From a virus (taxonomy: Duplodnaviria; Heunggongvirae; Uroviricota; Caudoviricetes): a stretch of DNA of 7,814 nt. This document shows, in pieces, positions 1 to 7,532 of this stretch (position 1 is the first letter of the stretch; the number at the start of each line of letters is the position of its first letter). The position numbers and the translations under genes are program-made. The stretch is taken from the IMG/VR virus record IMGVR_UViG_2617270988_000018; one strand, given 5' to 3'. The notes beneath the pieces were generated by a model, which worked only from the letters and a program-made list of their open reading frames with translations, made no database searches and was not told where the DNA came from.

Positions 1-531
1 TTATGCTGCTCTCACGATATAGTTAAATGCAATGCTTCTTGGTCTGTTCTCTGAGGCAGTTGGCACTACTCTTGAAGCATCAAAATTGACTAAATGAGGA
101 TTGTTTGGGGTATTTGGAATGATTGTGGTGTTACCTATCGTATTACGAAGTGCTGATTGACTTACAAAAACACCACTCGCTGTATTAAAGCTAATAGCCG
201 CATTAGCTTCGGTTTGTCCATTACCAAATGTGCCGGTTATATTACGAATAGCATCCCCCTGAGCAGACAGAATTTCGCGCCCCGCGTCAATACCGCGCCC
301 GTCATCCCAGCCACGAATAAACTCACCACGTAAATCAGGCAATTTATTTGTCGGATAAGCCTTTGCCAGTTCCGGGTATTCTTCAGCAGAAAAAGCGGCA
401 CCGTTGCATTTCAGCCAGCCTGTTGGCGGAGTGGCGGAAGGCCACGGAACAGGCACGCCAACGGGTAATGCCGAACCTTCTCCCAAACCAACGTTTATGA
501 AAATGCAGAGATAACGGGCAACTGGCATCAT
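1..531 (-). CDS. Tail fibre variable C-terminal cassette (tail-collar-like domain), alternative and currently unfused orientation of an invertible fibre segment. The functional part is about 1..477; the first ~18 codons (478..531) read through the crossover site and are probably fortuitous.
   Basis: Translation contains the motif PTGWLKCNGAAFSAEEYPELAKAY, typical of phage tail-fibre C-terminal (tail collar) domains. The ORF ends with TAA at the window edge (1..3 on the minus strand). A 26-bp inversion crossover site sits at codons ~10-18, as in the Mu S/S' and P1 fibre genes. No convincing SD precedes the ATG at 531. Confidence 0.7.
   Translation of the reverse strand: MMPVARYLCIFINVGLGEGSALPVGVPVPWPSATPPTGWLKCNGAAFSAEEYPELAKAYPTNKLPDLRGEFIRGWDDGRGIDAGREILSAQGDAIRNITGTFGNGQTEANAAISFNTASGVFVSQSALRNTIGNTTIIPNTPNNPHLVNFDASRVVPTASENRPRSIAFNYIVRAA
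478..503. other. gix/hix/cix-like inversion crossover site for a serine DNA invertase (TTCTCCCAAACC-AA-CGTTTATGAAAA)
   Basis: 26-bp imperfect dyad with 12-bp half-sites around a central AA dinucleotide, matching the architecture TTnTCnnAAACC-nn-GGTTTnnGAnAA of Hin/Gin/Cin/Pin sites. It lies ~55 bp upstream of the invertase start and inside the fibre reading frame. Confidence 0.7.
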
Positions 532-558
532 CTCCGGTTTTTATTCAGGGGGATGCTC

Positions 559-1152
559 ATGCTTATTGGCTATGTGCGCGTGTCAACAAATGACCAGAAC
601 ACGGAATTGCAGCGTAACGCGCTGGAGTGTGCAGGATGTGAGCTGATTTTTGAGGATAAAATCAGCGGCACGAAGTCCGACCGACCGGGACTGAAAAAAC
701 TGCTCAGAACATTATCAGCAGGTGACACTCTGGTGGTCTGGAAGCTGGACAGGCTGGGGCGTAGTATGCGGCATCTGGTCATTCTGGTTGAGGAACTGCG
801 CGAACGCGGCGTTAATTTTCGCAGCCTGACGGATGCCATTGATACCAGCACGCCGATGGGACGTTTTTTCTTTCATGTGATGGGTGCCCTGGCTGAAACG
901 GAACGAGAACTCATTGTCGAGCGGACTCGCGCCGGACTGGAAGCGGCCAGAGCTAAAGGTCGTATTGGTGGCAGACGTTCGAAACTCACCGCGAGTGAGT
1001 GGGAGCAGGCCGGGCGGTTGTTGGCTGCAGGGGAATCACGTCAACGCGTGGCACTGATTTTTGATATTGGCCTGTCCACGCTCTATAAAAAATTCCCCGC
1101 CTCCGTGACAAAAAATAAATTGTGTCATCCCTTAGCCAACCGGGATAAATAG
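559..1152 (+). CDS. Serine recombinase, DNA invertase of the Gin/Pin/Cin/Hin family
   Basis: N-terminus MLIGYVRVSTNDQNT carries the catalytic serine motif, followed by the resolvase/invertase catalytic domain (VVWKLDRLGRS, GRFFFHVMGALAE) and a C-terminal HTH (GRIGGRR...ALIFDIGLSTLYKK). Start placed at ATG 559 rather than 553 because the SD AGGGGGA (546..552) is spaced 6 nt from 559 and the Gin/Pin proteins begin MLIGY. Confidence 0.95.
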   Translation: MLIGYVRVSTNDQNTELQRNALECAGCELIFEDKISGTKSDRPGLKKLLRTLSAGDTLVVWKLDRLGRSMRHLVILVEELRERGVNFRSLTDAIDTSTPMGRFFFHVMGALAETERELIVERTRAGLEAARAKGRIGGRRSKLTASEWEQAGRLLAAGESRQRVALIFDIGLSTLYKKFPASVTKNKLCHPLANRDK

Positions 1153-1211
1153 CCTGACATCTCCGGCACAACTGAAAATATCACTCACCCATTAACCACG
1201 GAGTTAAACGG

Positions 1212-2402
1212 ATGAGTGACTATCATCACGGCGTGCAGGTGCTGGAGATTAACGACGGCACCCGCGTCATTTCCACCGTATCCACCGCCATTGTCGGCAT
1301 GGTCTGCACGGCCAGCGATGCGGATGCGGAAACCTTCCCCCTCAATAAACCGGTGCTGATTACCAATGTGCAGAGCGCAATTGCAAAGGCCGGTAAAAAA
1401 GGCACGCTGGCGGCATCGTTGCAGGCTATCGCTGACCAGTCAAAACCGGTCACCGTTGTTGTGCGTGTGGAAGACGGCAGCGGCGACGACGAGGAAACGA
1501 AACTCGCGCAGACCGTTTCCAATATCATCGGCACCACCGACGAAAACGGTCAGTACACCGGACTGAAAGCCCTGCTGGCGGCGGAGTCGGTAACCGGTGT
1601 TAAACCGCGCATTCTCGGTGTTCCGGGACTGGACACCAAAGAGGTGGCTGTTGCACTGGCATCAGTCTGTCAGAAGCTGCGCGCTTTCGGGTATATCAGC
1701 GCATGGGGCTGTAAAACCATTTCCGAGGTGAAAGCCTACCGCCAGAATTTCAGCCAGCGTGAGCTGATGGTCATCTGGCCGGATTTCCTCGCATGGGATA
1801 CGGTCACCAGTACCACCGCCACCGCGTATGCCACCGCCCGTGCGCTGGGTCTGCGCGCTAAAATCGACCAGGAGCAGGGCTGGCATAAAACGCTGTCCAA
1901 CGTTGGGGTGAACGGTGTTACCGGCATCAGCGCCTCTGTATTCTGGGATTTGCAGGAGTCCGGCACCGATGCTGACCTGCTTAACGAGTCAGGCGTCACA
2001 ACGCTGATTCGCCGTGACGGTTTCCGCTTCTGGGGTAACCGTACCTGCTCTGATGACCCGCTGTTCCTCTTTGAAAACTACACCCGCACCGCGCAGGTGC
2101 TGGCCGACACGATGGCTGAGGCGCACATGTGGGCGGTGGACAAGCCCATCACCGCAACGCTGATTCGCGACATCGTTGACGGCATCAATGCCAAATTCCG
2201 TGAGCTGAAAACAAACGGCTATATCGTGGATGCGACCTGCTGGTTCAGCGAAGAATCCAACGATGCGGAAACCCTCAAGGCCGGAAAACTGTATATCGAC
2301 TACGACTATACCCCGGTGCCTCCTCTCGAAAACCTGACCCTGCGCCAGCGTATTACCGATAAATACCTGGCAAATCTGGTCACTTCGGTTAACAGCAATT
2401 AA
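1212..2402 (+). CDS. FI: Contractile tail sheath protein (P2 gpFI)
   Basis: 396-aa ORF, near-identical by recollection to P2 FI (MSDYHHGVQVLEIN...), which has the same length. GGAG SD at 1200..1203, 8 nt before the ATG. Confidence 0.95.
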   Translation: MSDYHHGVQVLEINDGTRVISTVSTAIVGMVCTASDADAETFPLNKPVLITNVQSAIAKAGKKGTLAASLQAIADQSKPVTVVVRVEDGSGDDEETKLAQTVSNIIGTTDENGQYTGLKALLAAESVTGVKPRILGVPGLDTKEVAVALASVCQKLRAFGYISAWGCKTISEVKAYRQNFSQRELMVIWPDFLAWDTVTSTTATAYATARALGLRAKIDQEQGWHKTLSNVGVNGVTGISASVFWDLQESGTDADLLNESGVTTLIRRDGFRFWGNRTCSDDPLFLFENYTRTAQVLADTMAEAHMWAVDKPITATLIRDIVDGINAKFRELKTNGYIVDATCWFSEESNDAETLKAGKLYIDYDYTPVPPLENLTLRQRITDKYLANLVTSVNSN

Positions 2403-2414
2403 GGAGCCTGACCG

Positions 2415-2933
2415 ATGGCAATGCCGCGCAAACTCAAGTTAATGAACGTCTTTCTGAACGGCTACAGCTATCAGGGCGTTGCAAAGTCCGTCACGCTGCC
2501 AAAACTGACCCGTAAGCTCGAAAACTATCGCGGTGCGGGGATGAACGGCAGCGCACCGGTAGACCTCGGCCTTGATGACGATGCGCTGTCAATGGAGTGG
2601 TCGCTCGGGGGCTTCCCGGATTCGGTTATCTGGGAGCTTTACGCCGCAACCGGTGTGGATGCCGTGCCGATTCGTTTTGCAGGCTCTTACCAGCGTGACG
2701 ATACCGGCGAAACGGTGGCCGTCGAAGTGGTCATGCGTGGACGTCAGAAAGAAATCGACACCGGCGAGGGTAAACAGGGAGAAGACACCGAGCCGAAAAT
2801 CTCCGTGGTCTGCACCTATTTCCGGCTGACGATGGACGGTAAGGAGCTGGTCGAAATCGACACCATCAACATGATTGAGAAGGTGAACGGCGTCGACCGG
2901 CTGGAGCAACACCGCCGAAATATCGGCCTGTGA
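2415..2933 (+). CDS. FII: Tail tube protein (P2 gpFII)
   Basis: 172-aa ORF, same length and position as P2 FII. AAGGAG SD at 2401..2406 overlaps the FI stop codon. Confidence 0.95.
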   Translation: MAMPRKLKLMNVFLNGYSYQGVAKSVTLPKLTRKLENYRGAGMNGSAPVDLGLDDDALSMEWSLGGFPDSVIWELYAATGVDAVPIRFAGSYQRDDTGETVAVEVVMRGRQKEIDTGEGKQGEDTEPKISVVCTYFRLTMDGKELVEIDTINMIEKVNGVDRLEQHRRNIGL

Positions 2934-2989
2934 TTTTCATCCGGTCAGCCTGGCTGACCGGTTAACCCTGATTCAGAAGTGAGAAAACC

Positions 2990-3265
2990 ATGAACAAAGA
3001 AAATGTGATTACCCTGGACAATCCGGTCAAGCGTGGTGAGCAGGTTATCGAACAGGTCACGCTGATGAAGCCCAATGCCGGGACGCTGCGCGGTGTCAGT
3101 CTGGCTGCGGTCGCAAACTCCGAAGTCGATGCACTGATTAAGGTGCTGCCGCGCATGACGGCACCGATGCTGACCGAGCAGGAAGTCGCCGCGCTGGAAC
3201 TGCCTGACCTTGTGGCGCTGGCCGGTAAGGTGGTCGGTTTTTTGTCGCCGAACTCGGTGCAGTAA
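2990..3265 (+). CDS. E: Tail assembly chaperone (P2 gpE), zero-frame product
   Basis: 91-aa ORF between tube and tape-measure genes, matching P2 E in length and position. Contains the slippery heptamer T_TTT_TTG near its 3' end. Confidence 0.9.
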   Translation: MNKENVITLDNPVKRGEQVIEQVTLMKPNAGTLRGVSLAAVANSEVDALIKVLPRMTAPMLTEQEVAALELPDLVALAGKVVGFLSPNSVQ

Positions 3266-3417
3266 CGTTCCCGAAAAATCTCTCGGTCGATGACCTGATG
3301 GCGGATGTGGCAGTGATATTTCACTGGCCGCCATCAGAACTGTATCCCATGAGCCTGACCGAACTCATCACATGGCGCGAAAAGGCGCTCCGGCGAAGCG
3401 GAAACACGAATGAGTAA
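2990..3417 (+). CDS. E+E': Tail assembly chaperone fusion E+E', made by a programmed -1 ribosomal frameshift at TTTTTTG (3238..3244); predicted 142 aa
   Basis: After a -1 slip, the frame from 3244 is open for 57 codons (VAELGAVTFPKNLSVDDLMADVAVIFHWPPSELYPMSLTELITWREKALRRSGNTNE) and stops at TAA 3415..3417, overlapping the T start at 3410. The 142-aa total matches P2 E+E' as recalled, and the arrangement is analogous to lambda G/GT. Confidence 0.75.
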
Positions 3418-5857
3418 CAATGTAAAATTACAGGTATTGCTCAGGGCTGTTGACCAGGCATCCCGCCCGTTTAAATCCATCCGCACAGCGAGCAAGTCGC
3501 TGTCGGGGGATATCCGGGAAACACAAAAATCACTGCGCGAGCTGAACGGTCACGCATCCCGTATTGAGGGATTTCGCAAGACCAGTGCACAGCTCGCCGT
3601 GACTGGTCATGCACTTGAAAAGGCACGGCAGGAGGCCGAAGCCCTTGCCACACAGTTTAAAAACACCGAACGTCCGACACGTGCTCAGGCGAAAGTGCTG
3701 GAATCCGCGAAGCGTGCGGCGGAGGACTTACAGGCGAAATATAACTGCCTGACGGATTCCGTTAAACGCCAGCAGCGGGAACTGGCCGTTGTGGGAATTA
3801 ATACCCGCAATCTTGCACATGATGAGCAGGGACTGAAAAACCGTATCAGTGAAACCACCGCACAGCTTAACCGTCAGCGTGATGCGCTGGCGCGTGTCAG
3901 TGCGCAACAGGCAAAACTTAACGCAGTCAAACAGCGTTATCAGGCCGGAAAGGAACTGGCCGGAAATATGGCCTCAGTAGGCGCTGCCGGTGTGGGGATT
4001 GCGGCGGCGGGAACGATGGCCGGAGTTAAATTGCTGATGCCCGGTTATGAATTTGCGCAGAAAAACTCAGAATTGCAGGCCGTGCTCGGAGTGGCAAAAG
4101 ACTCCGCCGAAATGACCGCACTCCGCAAGCAGGCGCGCCAGCTCGGCGACAATACCGCAGCCTCGGCAGATGATGCAGCCGGTGCACAGATTATCATTGC
4201 GAAAGCCGGTGGGGATGTTGATGCCATTCAGGCGGCAACGCCGGTCACGCTGAATATGGCGCTGGCGAACCGCCGCACGATGGAAGAAAACGCCGCCCTG
4301 CTGATGGGGATGAAATCCGCCTTTCAGCTTTCAAACGATAAGGTCGCTCATATCGGGGATGTTCTCTCCATGACGATGAACAAAACCGCCGCCGATTTTG
4401 ACGGCATGAGCGATGCGCTGACCTATGCCGCACCTGTGGCAAAAAATGCCGGTGTCAGCATTGAAGAAACCGCCGCAATGGTCGGGGCGCTGCATGATGC
4501 AAAAATCACAGGCTCAATGGCGGGGACGGGAAGCCGTGCCGTGTTAAGCCGCCTGCAGGCACCGACGGGAAAAGCATGGGATGCACTCAAAGAGCTTGGC
4601 GTGAAAACCTCAGACAGCAAGGGAAACACCCGGCCAATATTTACCATTCTGAAAGAAATGCAGGCCAGTTTTGAGAAAAACCGGCTCGGTACTGCCCAGC
4701 AGGCTGAATACATGAAAACCATTTTCGGGGAGGAGGCCAGCTCAGCCGCCGCTGTGCTGATGACTGCCGCCTCAACCGGAAAGCTGGACAAACTGACCGC
4801 TGCGTTTAAAGCCTCAGACGGGAAGACCGCAGAGCTGGTAAATATCATGCAGGACAACCTCGGCGGTGACTTTAAGGAGTTTCAGTCCGCTTATGAGGCG
4901 GTGGGGACTGACCTGTTTGACCAGCAGGAAGGCGCACTGCGTAATCTCACGCAGACGGCCACAAAGTATGTGTTAAAACTCGACGGCTGGATCCAGAAAA
5001 ACAAATCACTGGCGTCAACCATCGGCATCATTGTCGGTGGTGCACTGGCACTGATTGGTGTCATCGGTGCCATTGGCCTCGTCGCCTGGCCGGTTATCAC
5101 CGGCATCAATGCCATCATCGCGGCAGCAGGCGCAATGGGGGCAATCTTCACGACGGTTGGCAGTGCTGTTATAACCGCCATCGGGGCGATTAGCTGGCCG
5201 GTTGTGGCCGTGGTGGCCGCCATTGTCGCCGGGGCGTTGCTTATCCGTAAATACTGGGAGCCTGTCAGCGCATTCTTTGGCGGTGTGGTGGAAGGGCTGA
5301 AAGCGGCATTTGCGCCGGTGGGGGAACTGTTCACGCCACTTAAACCGGTGTTTGACTGGCTGGGTGAAAAGTTACAGGCCGCGTGGCAGTGGTTTAAAAA
5401 CCTGATTGCCCCGGTCAAAGCCACCCAGGACACCCTGAACCGTTGCCGTGACACGGGCGTCATGTTCGGGCAGGCACTGGCTGACGCGCTGATGCTGCCG
5501 CTTAATGCGTTCAACAAACTGCGCAGTGGTATTGACTGGGTACTGGAAAAACTCGGTGTTATCAACAAAGAGTCAGACACACTTGACCAGACCGCCGCCA
5601 GAACTCAAGCCGCCACGTATGGCAGCGGTGGTTATATTCCGGCGACCAGCTCTTATGCAGGTTATCAGGCTTATCAGCCGGTCACGGCACCGGCTGGCCG
5701 CTCTTATGTAGACCAGAGTAAAAACGAATATCACATCAGCCTGACGGGTGGTACTGCGCCGGGGACACAGCTCGACCGCCAGTTACAGGATGCGCTCGAA
5801 AAATACGAGCGGGATAAACGTGCGCGCGCCCGTGCCAGCATGATGCATGACGGTTAA
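3410..5857 (+). CDS. T: Tail tape measure protein (P2 gpT)
   Basis: 815-aa ORF, same length as P2 T. Coiled-coil-like N-terminal region, then an Ala/Gly-rich segment and a long hydrophobic stretch (~5021..5245), typical of tape measure proteins. Confidence 0.95.
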   Translation: MSNNVKLQVLLRAVDQASRPFKSIRTASKSLSGDIRETQKSLRELNGHASRIEGFRKTSAQLAVTGHALEKARQEAEALATQFKNTERPTRAQAKVLESAKRAAEDLQAKYNCLTDSVKRQQRELAVVGINTRNLAHDEQGLKNRISETTAQLNRQRDALARVSAQQAKLNAVKQRYQAGKELAGNMASVGAAGVGIAAAGTMAGVKLLMPGYEFAQKNSELQAVLGVAKDSAEMTALRKQARQLGDNTAASADDAAGAQIIIAKAGGDVDAIQAATPVTLNMALANRRTMEENAALLMGMKSAFQLSNDKVAHIGDVLSMTMNKTAADFDGMSDALTYAAPVAKNAGVSIEETAAMVGALHDAKITGSMAGTGSRAVLSRLQAPTGKAWDALKELGVKTSDSKGNTRPIFTILKEMQASFEKNRLGTAQQAEYMKTIFGEEASSAAAVLMTAASTGKLDKLTAAFKASDGKTAELVNIMQDNLGGDFKEFQSAYEAVGTDLFDQQEGALRNLTQTATKYVLKLDGWIQKNKSLASTIGIIVGGALALIGVIGAIGLVAWPVITGINAIIAAAGAMGAIFTTVGSAVITAIGAISWPVVAVVAAIVAGALLIRKYWEPVSAFFGGVVEGLKAAFAPVGELFTPLKPVFDWLGEKLQAAWQWFKNLIAPVKATQDTLNRCRDTGVMFGQALADALMLPLNAFNKLRSGIDWVLEKLGVINKESDTLDQTAARTQAATYGSGGYIPATSSYAGYQAYQPVTAPAGRSYVDQSKNEYHISLTGGTAPGTQLDRQLQDALEKYERDKRARARASMMHDG

Positions 5858-5871
5858 GGAGGTGACGAAAA

Positions 5872-6351
5872 ATGATGCTCGCGTTAGGTATGTTTGTTTT
5901 TATGCGCCAGACGCTGCCACACCAGACCATGCAGCGTGAATCAGATTATCGCTGGCCGTCAAATTCCCGTATCGGTAAACGGGACGCTTTTCAGTTTCTC
6001 GGTGTGGGTGAGGAAAACATCACGCTTGCCGGTGTGCTTTATCCCGAACTGACCGGCGGCAAGCTGACGATGACCACGCTCAGGCTGATGGCAGAGGAGG
6101 GGCGGGCGTGGCCGTTGCTGGATGGCACCGGCATGATTTACGGCATGTATGTCATCAGCAAGGTGAGTGAAACAGGGAGTATTTTCTTTGCAGACGGCAC
6201 ACCCCGGAAAATTGATTTTACGCTGTCGCTCACCCGCGTTGATGAATCACTGGCCGCGCTTTATGGCGATATCGGTAAACAGGCGGAATCGCTCATCGGT
6301 AAGGCCGGTAGTCTGGCGACTAGATTCACGGGGATGACGGGGGCGGAATAA
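5872..6351 (+). CDS. U: Tail protein U (P2 gpU)
   Basis: 159-aa ORF, same length and position as P2 U. Strong AGGAGG SD at 5857..5862. Its stop overlaps the D start (TAATG). Confidence 0.9.
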   Translation: MMLALGMFVFMRQTLPHQTMQRESDYRWPSNSRIGKRDAFQFLGVGEENITLAGVLYPELTGGKLTMTTLRLMAEEGRAWPLLDGTGMIYGMYVISKVSETGSIFFADGTPRKIDFTLSLTRVDESLAALYGDIGKQAESLIGKAGSLATRFTGMTGAE

Positions 6352-7514
6352 TGCTGGATGCGCTGACATTTGATGCAGGCAGTACGCTGACGCCGGATTA
6401 CATGCTGATGCTCGACAGCAGGGATATTACCGGCAATATCAGCGACCGTCTGATGAGCATGACTCTGACGGATAACCGGGGCTTTGAGGCTGACCAGCTT
6501 GATATTGAACTGAACGATGCCGACGGGCAGGTCGGGCTGCCGATTCGTGGCGCTGTCCTGACGGTGTATATCGGCTGGAAAGGTTTTGCCCTGGTATGCA
6601 AAGGGAAATTTACCGTTGATGAGGTTGAACACCGGGGCGCGCCGGATGTGGTCACCATCCGCGCCCGGAGTGCAGATTTTCGCGGGACGCTCGATTCCCG
6701 CCGTGAAGGCTCCTGGCATGACACCACGCTCGGTGCGATTGTTGAGGCAATAGCCTCCCGTAACAGGCTGGAAGCCAGTGTCGCGCCGTCACTGGCCGGA
6801 ATTAAAATCCCGCACATCGACCAGTCGCAGGAGTCTGATGCGAAATTCCTGACCCGTCTTGCAGAACGCAACGGCGGTGAGGTGTCGGTAAAAATGGGAA
6901 AACTGCTGTTTCTCAAAGCGGGGCAGGGGGTGACTGCCAGCGGTAAAAAAATCCCGCAGATTACCATCACCCGCAGCGACGGTGACCGTCATCATTTTGC
7001 GATTGCTGACCGTGGAGCCTATACCGGCGTAACGGCAAAGTGGTTACACACCAAAGACCCGAAACCACAAAAGCAGAAGGTAAAACTGAAACGCAAAAAG
7101 AAAGAAAAACACCTGCGCGCACTGGAGCACCCGAAAGCAAAACCGGTCACGCAGAAGAAAGCGCCAAAAGTACCGGAAGCGCGCGAAGGTGAATACATGG
7201 CAGGTGAGGCTGACAACGTTTTTGCCCTGACCACGGTATATGCCACGAAAGCGCAGGCCATGCGCGCCGCTCAGGCGAAGTGGGATAAGCTGCAACGGGG
7301 CGTTGCGGAGTTCTCTATCAGTCTGGCTACTGGTCGGGCAGATATTTACACGGAAACGCCGGTCAAAGTATCAGGCTTTAAGCGCGTCATAGACGAGCAG
7401 GACTGGACAATCACTAAGGTGACACATTTTCTGAATAATAGCGGCTTCACGACGTCCCTGGAGCTTGAGGTCAGGCTTTCTGATGTGGAGTACGAAACAG
7501 AAGATGATGAGTGA
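6351..7514 (+). CDS. D: Tail/baseplate hub-like protein D (P2 gpD, late control gene D family)
   Basis: 387-aa ORF, same length and position as P2 D. Start overlaps the U stop (TAATG at 6349..6353), indicating translational coupling. Contains an internal Lys-rich low-complexity linker. Confidence 0.93.
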   Translation: MLDALTFDAGSTLTPDYMLMLDSRDITGNISDRLMSMTLTDNRGFEADQLDIELNDADGQVGLPIRGAVLTVYIGWKGFALVCKGKFTVDEVEHRGAPDVVTIRARSADFRGTLDSRREGSWHDTTLGAIVEAIASRNRLEASVAPSLAGIKIPHIDQSQESDAKFLTRLAERNGGEVSVKMGKLLFLKAGQGVTASGKKIPQITITRSDGDRHHFAIADRGAYTGVTAKWLHTKDPKPQKQKVKLKRKKKEKHLRALEHPKAKPVTQKKAPKVPEAREGEYMAGEADNVFALTTVYATKAQAMRAAQAKWDKLQRGVAEFSISLATGRADIYTETPVKVSGFKRVIDEQDWTITKVTHFLNNSGFTTSLELEVRLSDVEYETEDDE

Positions 7515-7532
7515 TGTTTTTATTTTATCTGT

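Noticed and set aside
478-531. N-terminal 18 codons of the 1..531 minus-strand ORF as a genuine translation start
   Set aside because: The ATG at 531 lacks a convincing SD, and these codons span the crossover site and the region outside the invertible segment. The frame is more likely open only so that it can be fused to a constant fibre N-terminus after inversion.
570-851. 93-aa minus-strand ORF inside the invertase gene
   Set aside because: Antisense to a highly conserved serine recombinase catalytic domain, with no RBS and an Arg/Ser-rich translation.
1226-1999. Minus-strand and alternative-frame ORFs inside FI (1226..1537 -, 1366..1566 +, 1662..1886 -, 1736..1999 -)
   Set aside because: All lie within the FI sheath gene, which matches P2 FI over its full length. 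No independent support.
2572-3334. Internal and antisense ORFs in FII and E (2572..2829 +, 2589..2912 -, 2945..3334 -, 2962..3324 -)
   Set aside because: They overlap FII and E, whose frames are supported by length, synteny and RBSs. The E-T gap is explained by the E' frameshift extension, not by a minus-strand gene.
4891-5580. 229-aa minus-strand ORF antisense to T, and also the 144-aa ORF at 4423..4857 (-)
   Set aside because: Fully embedded antisense to the well-supported tape measure gene. Ala/Ser/Thr-rich low-complexity translation typical of the reverse frame of a GC-rich Ala/Gly-rich gene, with no RBS.
5505-5711. 68-aa + strand ORF in an alternative frame within T
   Set aside because: Out-of-frame overlap with the tape measure gene. 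Short, with no RBS.
6398-6970. 190-aa minus-strand ORF antisense to D, and also 152 aa at 6261..6719 (-)
   Set aside because: Embedded in gpD with no start context. Ser/Arg/Pro-rich composition typical of a spurious antisense frame.
7019-7295. Two overlapping Phe/Leu-rich minus-strand ORFs (80 and 83 aa)
   Set aside because: They are the antisense reading of the Lys-rich (AAA/AAG) tract of gpD, a compositional artefact.
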